The position numbers and the translations under genes were made by a program. The notes under the pieces are model-generated. The model did no database searches, was not told the origin of the DNA, and worked only from the letters and a program-made list of their open reading frames with translations. Positions 27,174-35,988 of a stretch of DNA of 41,116 bases are shown here, piece by piece (the first letter of the stretch is position 1; each line of letters starts with the position of its first letter). Source of the stretch: Negativicutes bacterium (lineage in GTDB: Bacteria > Bacillota > Negativicutes > Sporomusales > JAOACF01); assembly GCA_026417995.1 (NCBI GenBank), contig JAOACF010000004.1, positions 1 to 41,116 on the forward strand, in the 5' to 3' direction.

Positions 27174-28586
27174 ATGGCAGACGAACTAACCAAAGAACAA
27201 CAAGCCGAGCTTGATGCGGCTTTTGAAAAAGCGCAGAAAGCGCTTAAAATCATTGAAAGCTATGATCAGGCCAGGGTTGACCGTCTCTGTCAGGCGGTTG
27301 CCTGGGCGGTGGCCAACAAAAAGACTTTCACCCGTCTGGTGGCAATGGGTATTGAAGAAAGCGGTCTGGGAGATCCGGAAAGCCGCATGAACAAGCGCTT
27401 CAAAATCCGCGGCGTGCTCCGCGACGCGCTGCGGCAAAAGAGTATCGGCATTATTGAGGAGATACCGGAAAAGGGCATCGTAAAATATGCTAAACCCGTA
27501 GGCATTATTGCCTCGATAGTTCCCACTACCAACCCGGACCTTACTCCCGCCGGTACCGCCATTTACGCCATCAAGGCGCGCGACGTCGTTATCTTCTCGC
27601 CGCACCCCCGTTCCAAAAAGACTACTTTTGAAACGGTGCGCCTGATGCGGGAAGCGTTGGAGCGGGAAGGCGCCCCTGCTGACATTTTGCAATGCCTGAC
27701 TCAGGTGAATATTCCCATGTCCAAAGCGCTTATGGCCCGCGCCGATCTCGTGCTGGCCACCGGCGGCAAAGATATGGTAAAAGCTGCTTATAGTTCGGGA
27801 ACGCCTGCCTACGGCGTCGGCGCCGGCAATGCGACCATGATTATTGACGAAACGGCTGACGTTAAGGAAGCGGCCCGCAACACTATGCTGAGCAAGACTT
27901 CCGACTTTGGCTCAGGCTGTTCGGCGGACGGCAATCTTATTATCCATGAGAGCATCTTTGACAAAATGCTGGAAGCGCTTGTACAAGAAGGCGGCTATCT
28001 GGCGAATGAAGAGGAAAAAGCCAAGCTGCGTGCGGTAATGTGGGATGAAGAGGGACACCGCTTGCCCAAAACCGTGGCGTTGGCACCGCAGAAGATGGCT
28101 GAGATTGCCGGATTCAGCATTCCGGCTGACCGCAAGTTTATCATCGTAAGGGGCGACGGTATCGGCAAACAGTATCCTTTCTCCGGCGAAAAGCTCACCA
28201 CACTGCTTGCCGTGTATAAGTATGAGGGCGAATTCGAGAATGCGCTGGATATGATGCGGGCCATCTACGAAGTCGGCGGTAAAGGACACTCGGTCGGCAT
28301 CTACTCCTTTAATGACGACCATATTCATCGACTGGCTCTTGCCGCGCCGGTAAGCCGGATTATGGTCCGTCAGCCCCAGTCCAAAGCCAACGCCGGAGCG
28401 TTCAACAATGGCATGCCGATGACTTCCAGTTTGGGCTGCGGCACCTGGGGCGGCAACATAACCTCCGAAAACGTTCATCTCAAACATTACATGAACACCA
28501 CCTGGGTATCGCGTCCGATTCCGGAGGACAGACCTTCTGACGCTGAACTGTTCGGCGAATTCTATGACCCGGAATGTGAAAAGTAA
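27174..28586 (+). CDS. CoA-acylating aldehyde dehydrogenase (EutE/SucD/SauS-like)
   Basis: PTTNP, SPHP, ATGG, GVGAGN, SK..D.G.GCS (catalytic Cys), GEKL, GHS and LGCGTWGGN. Confidence 0.88.
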   Translation: MADELTKEQQAELDAAFEKAQKALKIIESYDQARVDRLCQAVAWAVANKKTFTRLVAMGIEESGLGDPESRMNKRFKIRGVLRDALRQKSIGIIEEIPEKGIVKYAKPVGIIASIVPTTNPDLTPAGTAIYAIKARDVVIFSPHPRSKKTTFETVRLMREALEREGAPADILQCLTQVNIPMSKALMARADLVLATGGKDMVKAAYSSGTPAYGVGAGNATMIIDETADVKEAARNTMLSKTSDFGSGCSADGNLIIHESIFDKMLEALVQEGGYLANEEEKAKLRAVMWDEEGHRLPKTVALAPQKMAEIAGFSIPADRKFIIVRGDGIGKQYPFSGEKLTTLLAVYKYEGEFENALDMMRAIYEVGGKGHSVGIYSFNDDHIHRLALAAPVSRIMVRQPQSKANAGAFNNGMPMTSSLGCGTWGGNITSENVHLKHYMNTTWVSRPIPEDRPSDAELFGEFYDPECEK

Positions 28587-28593
28587 GATCGCA

Positions 28594-28633
28594 TAAAAGA
28601 TAAGTCTGAGCAATTGCTCAGACTTATCTTTTA
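28594..28633. terminator. Perfect 40-bp palindrome acting as a bidirectional terminator
   Basis: taaaagataagtctgagcaa|ttgctcagacttatctttta. Includes the lysR stop codon. Confidence 0.85.
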
Positions 28634-29491
28634 CGGTCTAAACGTATCTAAGAAATGGCGCGCGGCCGTAGACAAGTATCGGTTGCGCAGCCAAACTACG
28701 GCTGCCGCCGTTTCGAGGTCAGGAGCGTCGATCTGGCGGTAACGCAGGCTGGGGCTGGGGAAGAGGCGGGCCAATGACGCGGTGGCGATGGCGATGCCAA
28801 TGCCGGCGTCAGCCCAGGCCAGAATGGAACGAGGATCGTCAGCCTTGCACAAGATCGTTGGTTCAAACCCGGCTTCCCGGCAGGTTTTCATAATCATGGC
28901 CTGATGGCGCCGGTGAATTAAGAGCGGCTTTTGCGCCAGTCCGGTAACGGGAATGGGTGCATCGCAGTCTTCGGCCCAACTGCTGTTCATGGCGGCTACC
29001 AGCGGTTCCTTGGGCAGAGGTATGGAATCAAATACGGCTGTGTCGACCGGCAGACGTACAAGGCCAATTTCAATTACGCCGTCATTTAGCAGGCGGATAA
29101 TCCTCTCGGTTTCACCTTCCCACAGCAAATAGTCAATACCGGGATATTGCGCGTGAAAACTGCGGATGTGTTCAGCCAGAGGAACAGCGCCCGAAGCCAC
29201 GGTACCGATGGCCAGGGTGCCTTTCACGCCCGCGTCGAATTCTTTTATTTCTTTTTCGGTAGTATTCACTAAATCCAATATCTGTTCAGCCCGGTTCCGC
29301 AGCGCGCGCCCGGCTTCAGTCAACTGGATTTTACGGCTTCCGCGCTCCACGAGCTGGACGCCCAGCTCGGTTTCCAGCTGTTTGAGCTGTTGGCTGAGCG
29401 GCGGCTGGGCAATATGCAGCCGTTTAGCCGCGCCGCTGATTTGTCCTTCTTCGGCAATCGCCAGGAAATAGCGCAATTGTCTGATATCCAT
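28631..29491 (-). CDS. LysR-family regulator (BsdA-like N-terminus)
   Basis: MDIRQLRYF...AAKRLHIAQPPLSQQLKQLE. ATG at 29491 lies 7 nt after SD AAGGAGA. Confidence 0.92.
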   Translation of the reverse strand: MDIRQLRYFLAIAEEGQISGAAKRLHIAQPPLSQQLKQLETELGVQLVERGSRKIQLTEAGRALRNRAEQILDLVNTTEKEIKEFDAGVKGTLAIGTVASGAVPLAEHIRSFHAQYPGIDYLLWEGETERIIRLLNDGVIEIGLVRLPVDTAVFDSIPLPKEPLVAAMNSSWAEDCDAPIPVTGLAQKPLLIHRRHQAMIMKTCREAGFEPTILCKADDPRSILAWADAGIGIAIATASLARLFPSPSLRYRQIDAPDLETAAAVVWLRNRYLSTAARHFLDTFRP

Positions 29492-29652
29492 GGGCATGTC
29501 TCCTTGTTTCCAGACTTTTAACATATATAATACAAATAAACTAGATATTTTTAATATAGTATGTACTCTGATATAATCATACCTGAGATTAAACGGTAAA
29601 TCAATTGTTTATCTGTAGCGGTGATTTCGCTGGGTGAGAGGGGGATTTTAGC

Positions 29653-30855
29653 GTGAAAAATCGCGGTCTTGCTATCCTGACAGTTGGCCACTTGTATACG
29701 GACATGAACCAGGGCTTGCTGCCGGGGCTGCTGCCATTTTTAATTTCGGCCCACAATCTTAGCTTTGAGGCGGCTGCGGGGCTTGTTTTCGCGGCCAATA
29801 TTCTCGCCTCGCTGGTGCAGCCTCTGCTTGGATACTTAGCCGATCGCTATCCGATGTTCGCTATCATGCCCGCAGGCACCTTCCTCGCAGGTGCCGGTCT
29901 TGCCGCCACAGGTCTTGTTTCTGACTATTGGCTCTTGTTTTGCGCAGTAGCCGTAAGCGGTGTGGGCGTGGCCGCGTTCCACCCCGAAGCCGCTCGCTTG
30001 ACTAACCATATTTCCGGTGACAGAAAGGGGGCCGGCGTAAGCACGTTTACCGCCGGCGGCAATGTCGGCAATGCCCTCGGGCCTTTGGCCGCCGTGGGAA
30101 TTGTCAGCACCTGGGGGCTTGGGGGAACTTTAGTGTTAGCCGTACCGGCGCTTCTGGTAGCCGCACTGTTCGTTAGCGAGCGCTGTCGATTGCAAGGGGC
30201 GGCGCAGGAAAACAAGATGCAGTCAATGCCGGCGCCGACCGACGAGTGGGGTTCTTTCTTCCGGTTATCGCTGGCCATCACCTTGCGGTCGATTATCGTT
30301 TTTGGCTTAAATACCTTTCTGCCGCTATACTGGATCCATGTTTTGCACCAGTCGCCGGCAGCAGGGAGCAGTATCTTGACCATCATTTTTATCGTGGGGG
30401 CAATCGCCAGCCTTATTGCGGGACGACTCGCCGACCGGTTCGGCCATCGCCAGGTAGTTCGCGCCGCATTTATCTTGCTGCTGCCCACACTTCTGATTTT
30501 TATCCAGGTGCGTGATGTTTTCCTCGCCACAGTGCTGCTGCTACCCATTGCGGTTGCATTATTCGCCTCATTCAGCCCAATGGTGGTGATCGGCCAGAAG
30601 TACCTGCCCAATCATATGGGACTTGCTTCCGGCATTACCCTAGGTCTGGCAGTCAGTATTGGCGGAACGGCTGCACCGATACTGGGACGTATTGCTGACA
30701 GGTACGGCATAGAAGCAACTTTCACCCTGATCGCTTTTTTGCCGCTTCTCGCGGTTGCTGCGGCATTCATGCTCCCTAAACCCCAAGTAGATATGCCGGC
30801 GGAAGAACCGGAAGCGGCTGCAGACGATACGGCTGGCATCTGCGTCAAAGCATAG
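29653..30855 (+). CDS. MFS transporter, fosmidomycin-resistance (Fsr) family
   Basis: QP.LG.LADR, AAFHPEA, GGNVG.ALGP and GRLADRFG. Confidence 0.85.
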   Translation: MKNRGLAILTVGHLYTDMNQGLLPGLLPFLISAHNLSFEAAAGLVFAANILASLVQPLLGYLADRYPMFAIMPAGTFLAGAGLAATGLVSDYWLLFCAVAVSGVGVAAFHPEAARLTNHISGDRKGAGVSTFTAGGNVGNALGPLAAVGIVSTWGLGGTLVLAVPALLVAALFVSERCRLQGAAQENKMQSMPAPTDEWGSFFRLSLAITLRSIIVFGLNTFLPLYWIHVLHQSPAAGSSILTIIFIVGAIASLIAGRLADRFGHRQVVRAAFILLLPTLLIFIQVRDVFLATVLLLPIAVALFASFSPMVVIGQKYLPNHMGLASGITLGLAVSIGGTAAPILGRIADRYGIEATFTLIAFLPLLAVAAAFMLPKPQVDMPAEEPEAAADDTAGICVKA

Positions 30856-30898
30856 GACAGGATGATTTTGTGTCGCGTGTAAAGGTGTAAAGTTATAT

Positions 30899-30927
30899 TT
30901 GACTTCTAAAGAAGTGTATGATAAAAT
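30899..30927 (+). promoter_or_regulatory. sigmaA promoter of the T-box leader
   Basis: TTGACT, 17 bp spacer, TGaTAAAAT. Confidence 0.75.
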
Positions 30928-30947
30928 TTCACTAATAAATAAATGAA

Positions 30948-31217
30948 ATACAATGACAAGGATAAGTAACTGTTCAGCTTGGTGTCAGAGAGCCGGTGGC
31001 AGGTGGAAACCGGACGATGGCGGCAGTGAAATACACCTTTGAGTAGCAGGCTGAAACCGGCGGCAGCGCCGGCAGTAGGCTGAGCCGGGCGCCGCCGTTA
31101 CAGGGATAGGATATCGGAAGAGTTATCTTCTCGTATCTGAAGTGGTAGTGATACAAATTGGGTGGTAACACGGGAGTCAAATCTCGTCCCTGCAAGAGGG
31201 GCGGGATTTTTTAATTT
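30948..31217 (+). ncRNA. T-box riboswitch, Tyr specifier
   Basis: AGTA, AGAGAG, GGTGGAA, GAAA-TAC-A specifier (31032-31034), CCGTTA, T-box GGGTGGTAACACGG, and a terminator at 31179-31213. Confidence 0.92.
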
Positions 31218-31351
31218 ATTTATAGTATTTGGAGGATGGTAGCATGGTAAAATTAACAGTGATGGCCAATCAGAAGTTTGTCCGGAAACCGATAGGGATG
31301 CCCTATTTGGCCGGAGCGCTTCAGCAACTTGCAGCAAATGAGAGGAAGGCA

Positions 31352-31894
31352 ATGAACAACATTATTCTCATCGGCTTTATGGGGACGGGTAAAACCACTA
31401 CCGGCAAGATTCTTGCCTCACGTCTCAACCGGAAATTTATTGATGTGGATGAAGAAATAGAATTGGCTTGCGGCATGAGTGTAAATGAAATTTTCAGCGT
31501 ACATGGCGAGCCTTTTTTCCGCGAACAGGAAAAGTACGCCATTGAACGGGTAATGAAGCACAGCAACGCGGTGATCGCCACCGGTGGCGGAGCGGTGCTT
31601 GCTGCTGACAATGTCGCCAATTTAAAGCGCGACAGCATGATAATTGCTTTACAAGCAGCGCCTGAGGTAATCTTGCGCCGGCTCGAGCAGTGCAACATTC
31701 CCCGGCCGCTGTTAAATAAGCCGGACAGATTGCAAGTCATTGTGAAAATGCTGGCAGACCGTGCGCCCAAATATCAGATAGCCGATCTTTATGTAGATAC
31801 CAACACGCGAACCCCCTGGGAGGTATCGCAAATTATCATTGATAACTTGCGCTTGCGGGAGAAAGCGCACCGCAAGGTGTCGGCCCATAGCTAA
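31352..31894 (+). CDS. aroK: Shikimate kinase (copy 2); alternative in-frame start at 31244
   Basis: MNNIILIGFMGTGKTT, GEPFFREQE, ATGGG and RPLL. Confidence 0.9.
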   Translation: MNNIILIGFMGTGKTTTGKILASRLNRKFIDVDEEIELACGMSVNEIFSVHGEPFFREQEKYAIERVMKHSNAVIATGGGAVLAADNVANLKRDSMIIALQAAPEVILRRLEQCNIPRPLLNKPDRLQVIVKMLADRAPKYQIADLYVDTNTRTPWEVSQIIIDNLRLREKAHRKVSAHS

Positions 31895-31906
31895 CAAAAT
31901 GAGCCG

Positions 31907-31943
31907 GAGGCCTGGAAACGAGCATTCGTCCCAGGCCTTTTTT
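31907..31943 (+). terminator. Intrinsic terminator after aroK2
   Basis: gaggcctgg...ccaggcctt plus T-run. Confidence 0.7.
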
Positions 31944-31954
31944 CGAGTGCTTGC

Positions 31955-32848
31955 TTAGCGGCTGCGCGCCGTTGCCGCCAGTACATACTCGCAAAAAACC
32001 CTCACCGCCGGCGGCTGGTAAGTATTTTTTAACAGTGCCAGGGCGATAAGCTTTTTGATCGGCTTATTCAGGTGGCAATAAGAAACCGGATAAGGAGTGG
32101 GTACTTTTACTGCTTCCAGCGGGAAAAGCCCAATCCCCATTCCCTGTGAAACAAGCGCGAGGCTTGTTTCGGAATGACTGCACTGGCAGACGATATTGGG
32201 GCTGAAGCCGGCGTCCAGGCAAGCCTGGTAATAGATATTGTAGATGCTCTGGTCGGGACTGGGGAAAACGTAGTTTTCCCCGCGGGCTTCTGCGAGGTCT
32301 AGCACTGGTTTGCCGGCAAAGGGATGGTCGGGGGAAGTAACGAGGACAAACTCATCTTCTGCTAATTTGTAATATTCGATATCATCACTGACGATATTAG
32401 TTGGCGGAGTGAGTATCGCGGCATTGATGGCCGCCGCACGGAGCATTTCCGTAAGTTTGTAACTTCCGTTTTGGCTGATGTTGAGATGTAGGCCCGGATA
32501 CTTTTTATGAAAGGTAGTAATGAGCGAGACGAAGTTGATACTTTCCAGGGTGGTGATTGCCCCCAGATTTACCGTACCCTTAGTTAAACCCACATGCGCC
32601 TGCATGCTCTGGCGGGCCGCCTCGATTTCCGCTAGGATTTTCCGGGCATGGAGGATGAACTCTGCGCCGGCGGCGGTGAGTTGCACGGTACGGGTTGTCC
32701 GGTTGAACAGTTTGACGCCGAGTTCTGTTTCCAGTTTGGCGATCTGCTGGGAGAGTGACGATTGGGCAATGCATATTTCTTCGGCAGCGCGGCTGAAATG
32801 CCGGTGAGTTGCAACTTGAACGACATATTCGAGCTGGGTTAAATCCAT
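31955..32848 (-). CDS. LysR-family regulator, divergent from the AKR-tctC-aroD operon
   Basis: HFSRAAEE..IAQSSLSQQI..LE.ELG..LFNRTTR. Confidence 0.92.
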   Translation of the reverse strand: MDLTQLEYVVQVATHRHFSRAAEEICIAQSSLSQQIAKLETELGVKLFNRTTRTVQLTAAGAEFILHARKILAEIEAARQSMQAHVGLTKGTVNLGAITTLESINFVSLITTFHKKYPGLHLNISQNGSYKLTEMLRAAAINAAILTPPTNIVSDDIEYYKLAEDEFVLVTSPDHPFAGKPVLDLAEARGENYVFPSPDQSIYNIYYQACLDAGFSPNIVCQCSHSETSLALVSQGMGIGLFPLEAVKVPTPYPVSYCHLNKPIKKLIALALLKNTYQPPAVRVFCEYVLAATARSR

Positions 32849-32972
32849 ATTCCCGCCACCCCTTTTATTTATCGTGTCTGTCTATTAATTATATCGTAAT
32901 TATAAATTGAAGTGCATAATTATTTGATATAAAATTTAGAATATAGAGTTTTTGATCTCATAACGGGAAAGG

Positions 32973-33941
32973 ATGGCTGCCGTGCGATACATCTCTCTTC
33001 CAGGCCTGGAACTAAAGTGCTCGCAGATTGTGCTGGGGACTTCGGCATTTACACCGGAGCGGAAGCAGGCCGTCTTCGGGATTTTGGATGCATATAGAGA
33101 AGCCGGCGGGAATGTTTTAGATACTTCCCGCATTTACGGCGCGGGCAAGAGCGAAGCGGTACTCGCCATGTGGCTGCAAGAGCGGCATAACCGGCAGGAG
33201 ATGATTGTCATCAATAAAGGCTGTCACCACTTTGTCGATGAGCAAGGCCGCCATTACCCGGAAAAGCATAGAGTGAAGCCGGAGATTATTACTGCTGATC
33301 TAAAAGAAAGTTTGGAACGCATGAATCTGGACTATTTTGATATTTATTTGCTGCACCGGGATGATCAGGAAGTTCCCGTAGCTGATTTGATGGATGTGCT
33401 GGAGCTGCATCGCCGGGAAGGGCGGATTAAAACGTACGGCGTTTCCAACTGGAGCACCGCGCGCATTGCCGCGGCCAATGAATACGCCGCCGGCAAAGGA
33501 TATTCAGGCATTGTTGTCAATAGTCCAAGCTTAAGCTTGGCCGTTATTAACGAGCCGCGCTGGGAAGGATGCACATATGTTGACCGTGCGTACGCCCGCT
33601 GGCACGAGGAGCGCCAACTGGCGCTGTTTTCCTGGGCATCACAGGCTAGCGGTTTTTTCACCGGGCTATATACACGCGACCATTGCCCGAACCCGGACAT
33701 TGCCAGGGTGTATTACAATGAAACAAACTGGGAGCGCTTGGAGCGCGCCCGTTCTTTGGCGAAACAAAAAGGCGACGCCATTACCGCCAATCATATCGCT
33801 TTAGCCTATGTTCTGCAGCAGCCTTTTCCTACAGGCGCGGTGATAGGGCCGCAGACGCCCGGGGAATTGATTGACAGTCTTACCGCGCTAGACATCGACT
33901 TAAGCGAGCAGGAGAGAATATGGCTCGAATTCAACTGTTAG
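32973..33941 (+). CDS. Aldo/keto reductase
   Basis: DTSRIYG (Asp/Tyr), NKG (Lys), LLHRD (His) and GVSNWS. Confidence 0.88.
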   Translation: MAAVRYISLPGLELKCSQIVLGTSAFTPERKQAVFGILDAYREAGGNVLDTSRIYGAGKSEAVLAMWLQERHNRQEMIVINKGCHHFVDEQGRHYPEKHRVKPEIITADLKESLERMNLDYFDIYLLHRDDQEVPVADLMDVLELHRREGRIKTYGVSNWSTARIAAANEYAAGKGYSGIVVNSPSLSLAVINEPRWEGCTYVDRAYARWHEERQLALFSWASQASGFFTGLYTRDHCPNPDIARVYYNETNWERLERARSLAKQKGDAITANHIALAYVLQQPFPTGAVIGPQTPGELIDSLTALDIDLSEQERIWLEFNC

Positions 33942-34063
33942 ACAGTCATCCGGCGTGGCTGATACTTTCGTTGGCAGCTACGCGGCATGCTGAGGAGGTG
34001 AGGGGAAACTCCGTCAGGACTATTTAGCGCAAAACTATATTCTAAGGATGAGGAGTTGTATTT

Positions 34064-35113
34064 ATGGTGTCAGGGAAAAAACTATTCAGTTTGTTAGCGC
34101 TTATGGTGTTTGCCGGCATACTGGTACTCGGCTGCGGCGGACAGAAGAAAGAAGCAGGGTCAAAGACGGCAGGCGGCTACCCGGCAAATAACATCAACGG
34201 TATAATTACCTGGGGTGCCGGCGGCGTCATGGACAATGTTTCCCGCTCCATCACACCGATGGTCGAAAAGGAACTGGGCAAAAGCATTATTCTCGCCAAC
34301 AAGCCGGGCGCAACGGGCGCTATCGCCATGCAGTACGTTCACGACCAAAAAAATGACGGCTATACCTTGTTGTACGGTGCGGAAAACCCTCAGCTTTACA
34401 AAGTACTGGAGTTATCCAAACTTGATTATGACGATTTTGAGCCAATCATGCTGTTCGGCAAAGGCGTAGCGGTGCTTGTCGCCGAGAAGTCCTCGCCGCT
34501 TAACAGCTATGAAGATCTTGTCAAGGCCCTGAGGCAAAATGCCGGCAAATTCAATATGGGCGCAACCGGTGCCGGCGGTTTGCCGCAGGTGGCTACAGCG
34601 CTTATCCTCCAAAAGGAAAATGTGAAGGCAAACTTTGTCAATTATGACGGTGAAGGCCCAATGGTAACGGCGTTGCTGGGCAAGCAGGTAGACGCAGCAG
34701 CGATCAGCGTTGGGACAGTGGCCCAATATATAAGAACCGGCGATCTCAAAGCTTTGGCGTTAATCGCTAACTCCCCGGTGGACATCCTGCCTAACGTGCC
34801 GGTACTGGGCGAGATGAAGCCAGAGTATAAGGAGAGTTTGAAAACATTTGGTCCGTTCTACGGAGTATTTGTAAAGAAAGGAACGGCGGAAGACGTTATC
34901 AAACGGCTGAGCGAAGCCTTCGGCAAGGGTTATCAGGATCCCAAATTCCAGGAATTCATGAAGAAAAGCGGTATTATACCGCTGGGTATCAGCGGACAAG
35001 AGGCCAAACAGTATCTGGTAACCTGGCGTGCACAGCATTCCTGGTTGCTGCATGACATCGGCGCGGCCAAAATTTCGCCGGAAAGAGTCGGCATTCCCAG
35101 ACCGGGCAAATAG
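34064..35113 (+). CDS. tctC: Tripartite tricarboxylate transporter substrate-binding lipoprotein (copy 1)
   Basis: Lipobox LGC, WGAGG..D..SR, NKPGATG, DGYTLL and ALLGKQVD. Confidence 0.88.
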   Translation: MVSGKKLFSLLALMVFAGILVLGCGGQKKEAGSKTAGGYPANNINGIITWGAGGVMDNVSRSITPMVEKELGKSIILANKPGATGAIAMQYVHDQKNDGYTLLYGAENPQLYKVLELSKLDYDDFEPIMLFGKGVAVLVAEKSSPLNSYEDLVKALRQNAGKFNMGATGAGGLPQVATALILQKENVKANFVNYDGEGPMVTALLGKQVDAAAISVGTVAQYIRTGDLKALALIANSPVDILPNVPVLGEMKPEYKESLKTFGPFYGVFVKKGTAEDVIKRLSEAFGKGYQDPKFQEFMKKSGIIPLGISGQEAKQYLVTWRAQHSWLLHDIGAAKISPERVGIPRPGK

Positions 35114-35130
35114 GAGTAGCTTACGGCAAC

Positions 35131-35174
35131 GCATATCCCACGCAGTCGTTTGCTCGTCTGCGTGGGATACATGC
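35131..35174. repeat. Intercistronic hairpin after tctC1
   Basis: tatcccacgcag / ctgcgtgggata stem with no T-run. Confidence 0.65.
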
Positions 35175-35231
35175 GGCGCGTAAATATAAGCGCCAATTTT
35201 TCACAAACTCTGTTTGCGGCAGGAGGATTAT

Positions 35232-35987
35232 ATGAATCATTTAATTGGTAAAACAAAACAACCACTTGTTTGTACCCCTTTGGTCGCAAAAAGCAAACAG
35301 GCGATTTTACAGGAACTGAGAGAGGTCCTGATTAAAAAGCCCGATATTGTCGAGTGGCGGGCAGATTTCTTTGCAGCAATTGCAAATACCGCAGAGGTTG
35401 TTGCCGTTGCTAACAGTATTAAAGAGATTGCCGGCGAAATACCGGTTATTTTTACGATCCGCTCGCTGCGCGAAGGAGGCCAGCCGATACCGCTCACGGC
35501 TGAACAGGCAATCGAATTAAACATTGCCATTTGCCAAAATACTAAGATAGAATACGTCGATTGCGAGCTAAGCAATCTGCCTGCTCACATCGAGCGCCTG
35601 CAAAGCGCCGCGGCAGTCACCGGAACCAAGATCATCGGCTCCTATCACAATTTTAGTTTCACGCCTGAAAGGGAAGAACTGGCGCAAAAGTTTGCCGCCG
35701 CCGAAGCCTACCGGCTGGATGTAGCCAAAGTTGCCGTGATGCCGCAAAATCTGCAGGATGTGCTAACCATGCTGAGTGCAACGCTTGAAGCCAAAGCCAA
35801 GCATAAAATACCCCTGATTACAATGTCTATGGGCAAATATGGCGCAATCAGCCGGATGGTCGGCGGCGTTTTTGGCTCGTCGCTAACCTTTGGCGTGGGG
35901 TCTCAGGCGTCTGCGCCCGGGCAGGTGCCGATTGAAGATCTCAAGACGGTTCTAGCCATTGTGGAAAAAACGATAGGTGGCGAATAG
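35232..35987 (+). CDS. aroD: Type I 3-dehydroquinate dehydratase
   Basis: DIVEWRAD, FTIRS..EGG, SYHNF..TP, AKVAVMP, MSMG...ISR and SAPGQ. ATG at 35232 follows AGGAGG. Confidence 0.93.
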   Translation: MNHLIGKTKQPLVCTPLVAKSKQAILQELREVLIKKPDIVEWRADFFAAIANTAEVVAVANSIKEIAGEIPVIFTIRSLREGGQPIPLTAEQAIELNIAICQNTKIEYVDCELSNLPAHIERLQSAAAVTGTKIIGSYHNFSFTPEREELAQKFAAAEAYRLDVAKVAVMPQNLQDVLTMLSATLEAKAKHKIPLITMSMGKYGAISRMVGGVFGSSLTFGVGSQASAPGQVPIEDLKTVLAIVEKTIGGE

Positions 35988-35988
35988 C

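Noticed and set aside
21448-28586. Sulfoglycolysis/sulfonate pathway (SqwGH transketolase, Xsc, SauS)
   Set aside because: The split transketolase and SauS-like ALDH are suggestive. However, no sulfoquinovosidase, SQ isomerase, RpiB-like isomerase, Pta or TauE exporter is present, and the ThDP enzyme's GHTN motif is not Xsc-like. It remains a lesser alternative.
30974-31352. Minus-strand ORFs across the T-box
   Set aside because: They overlap the structured RNA leader and have no coding support.
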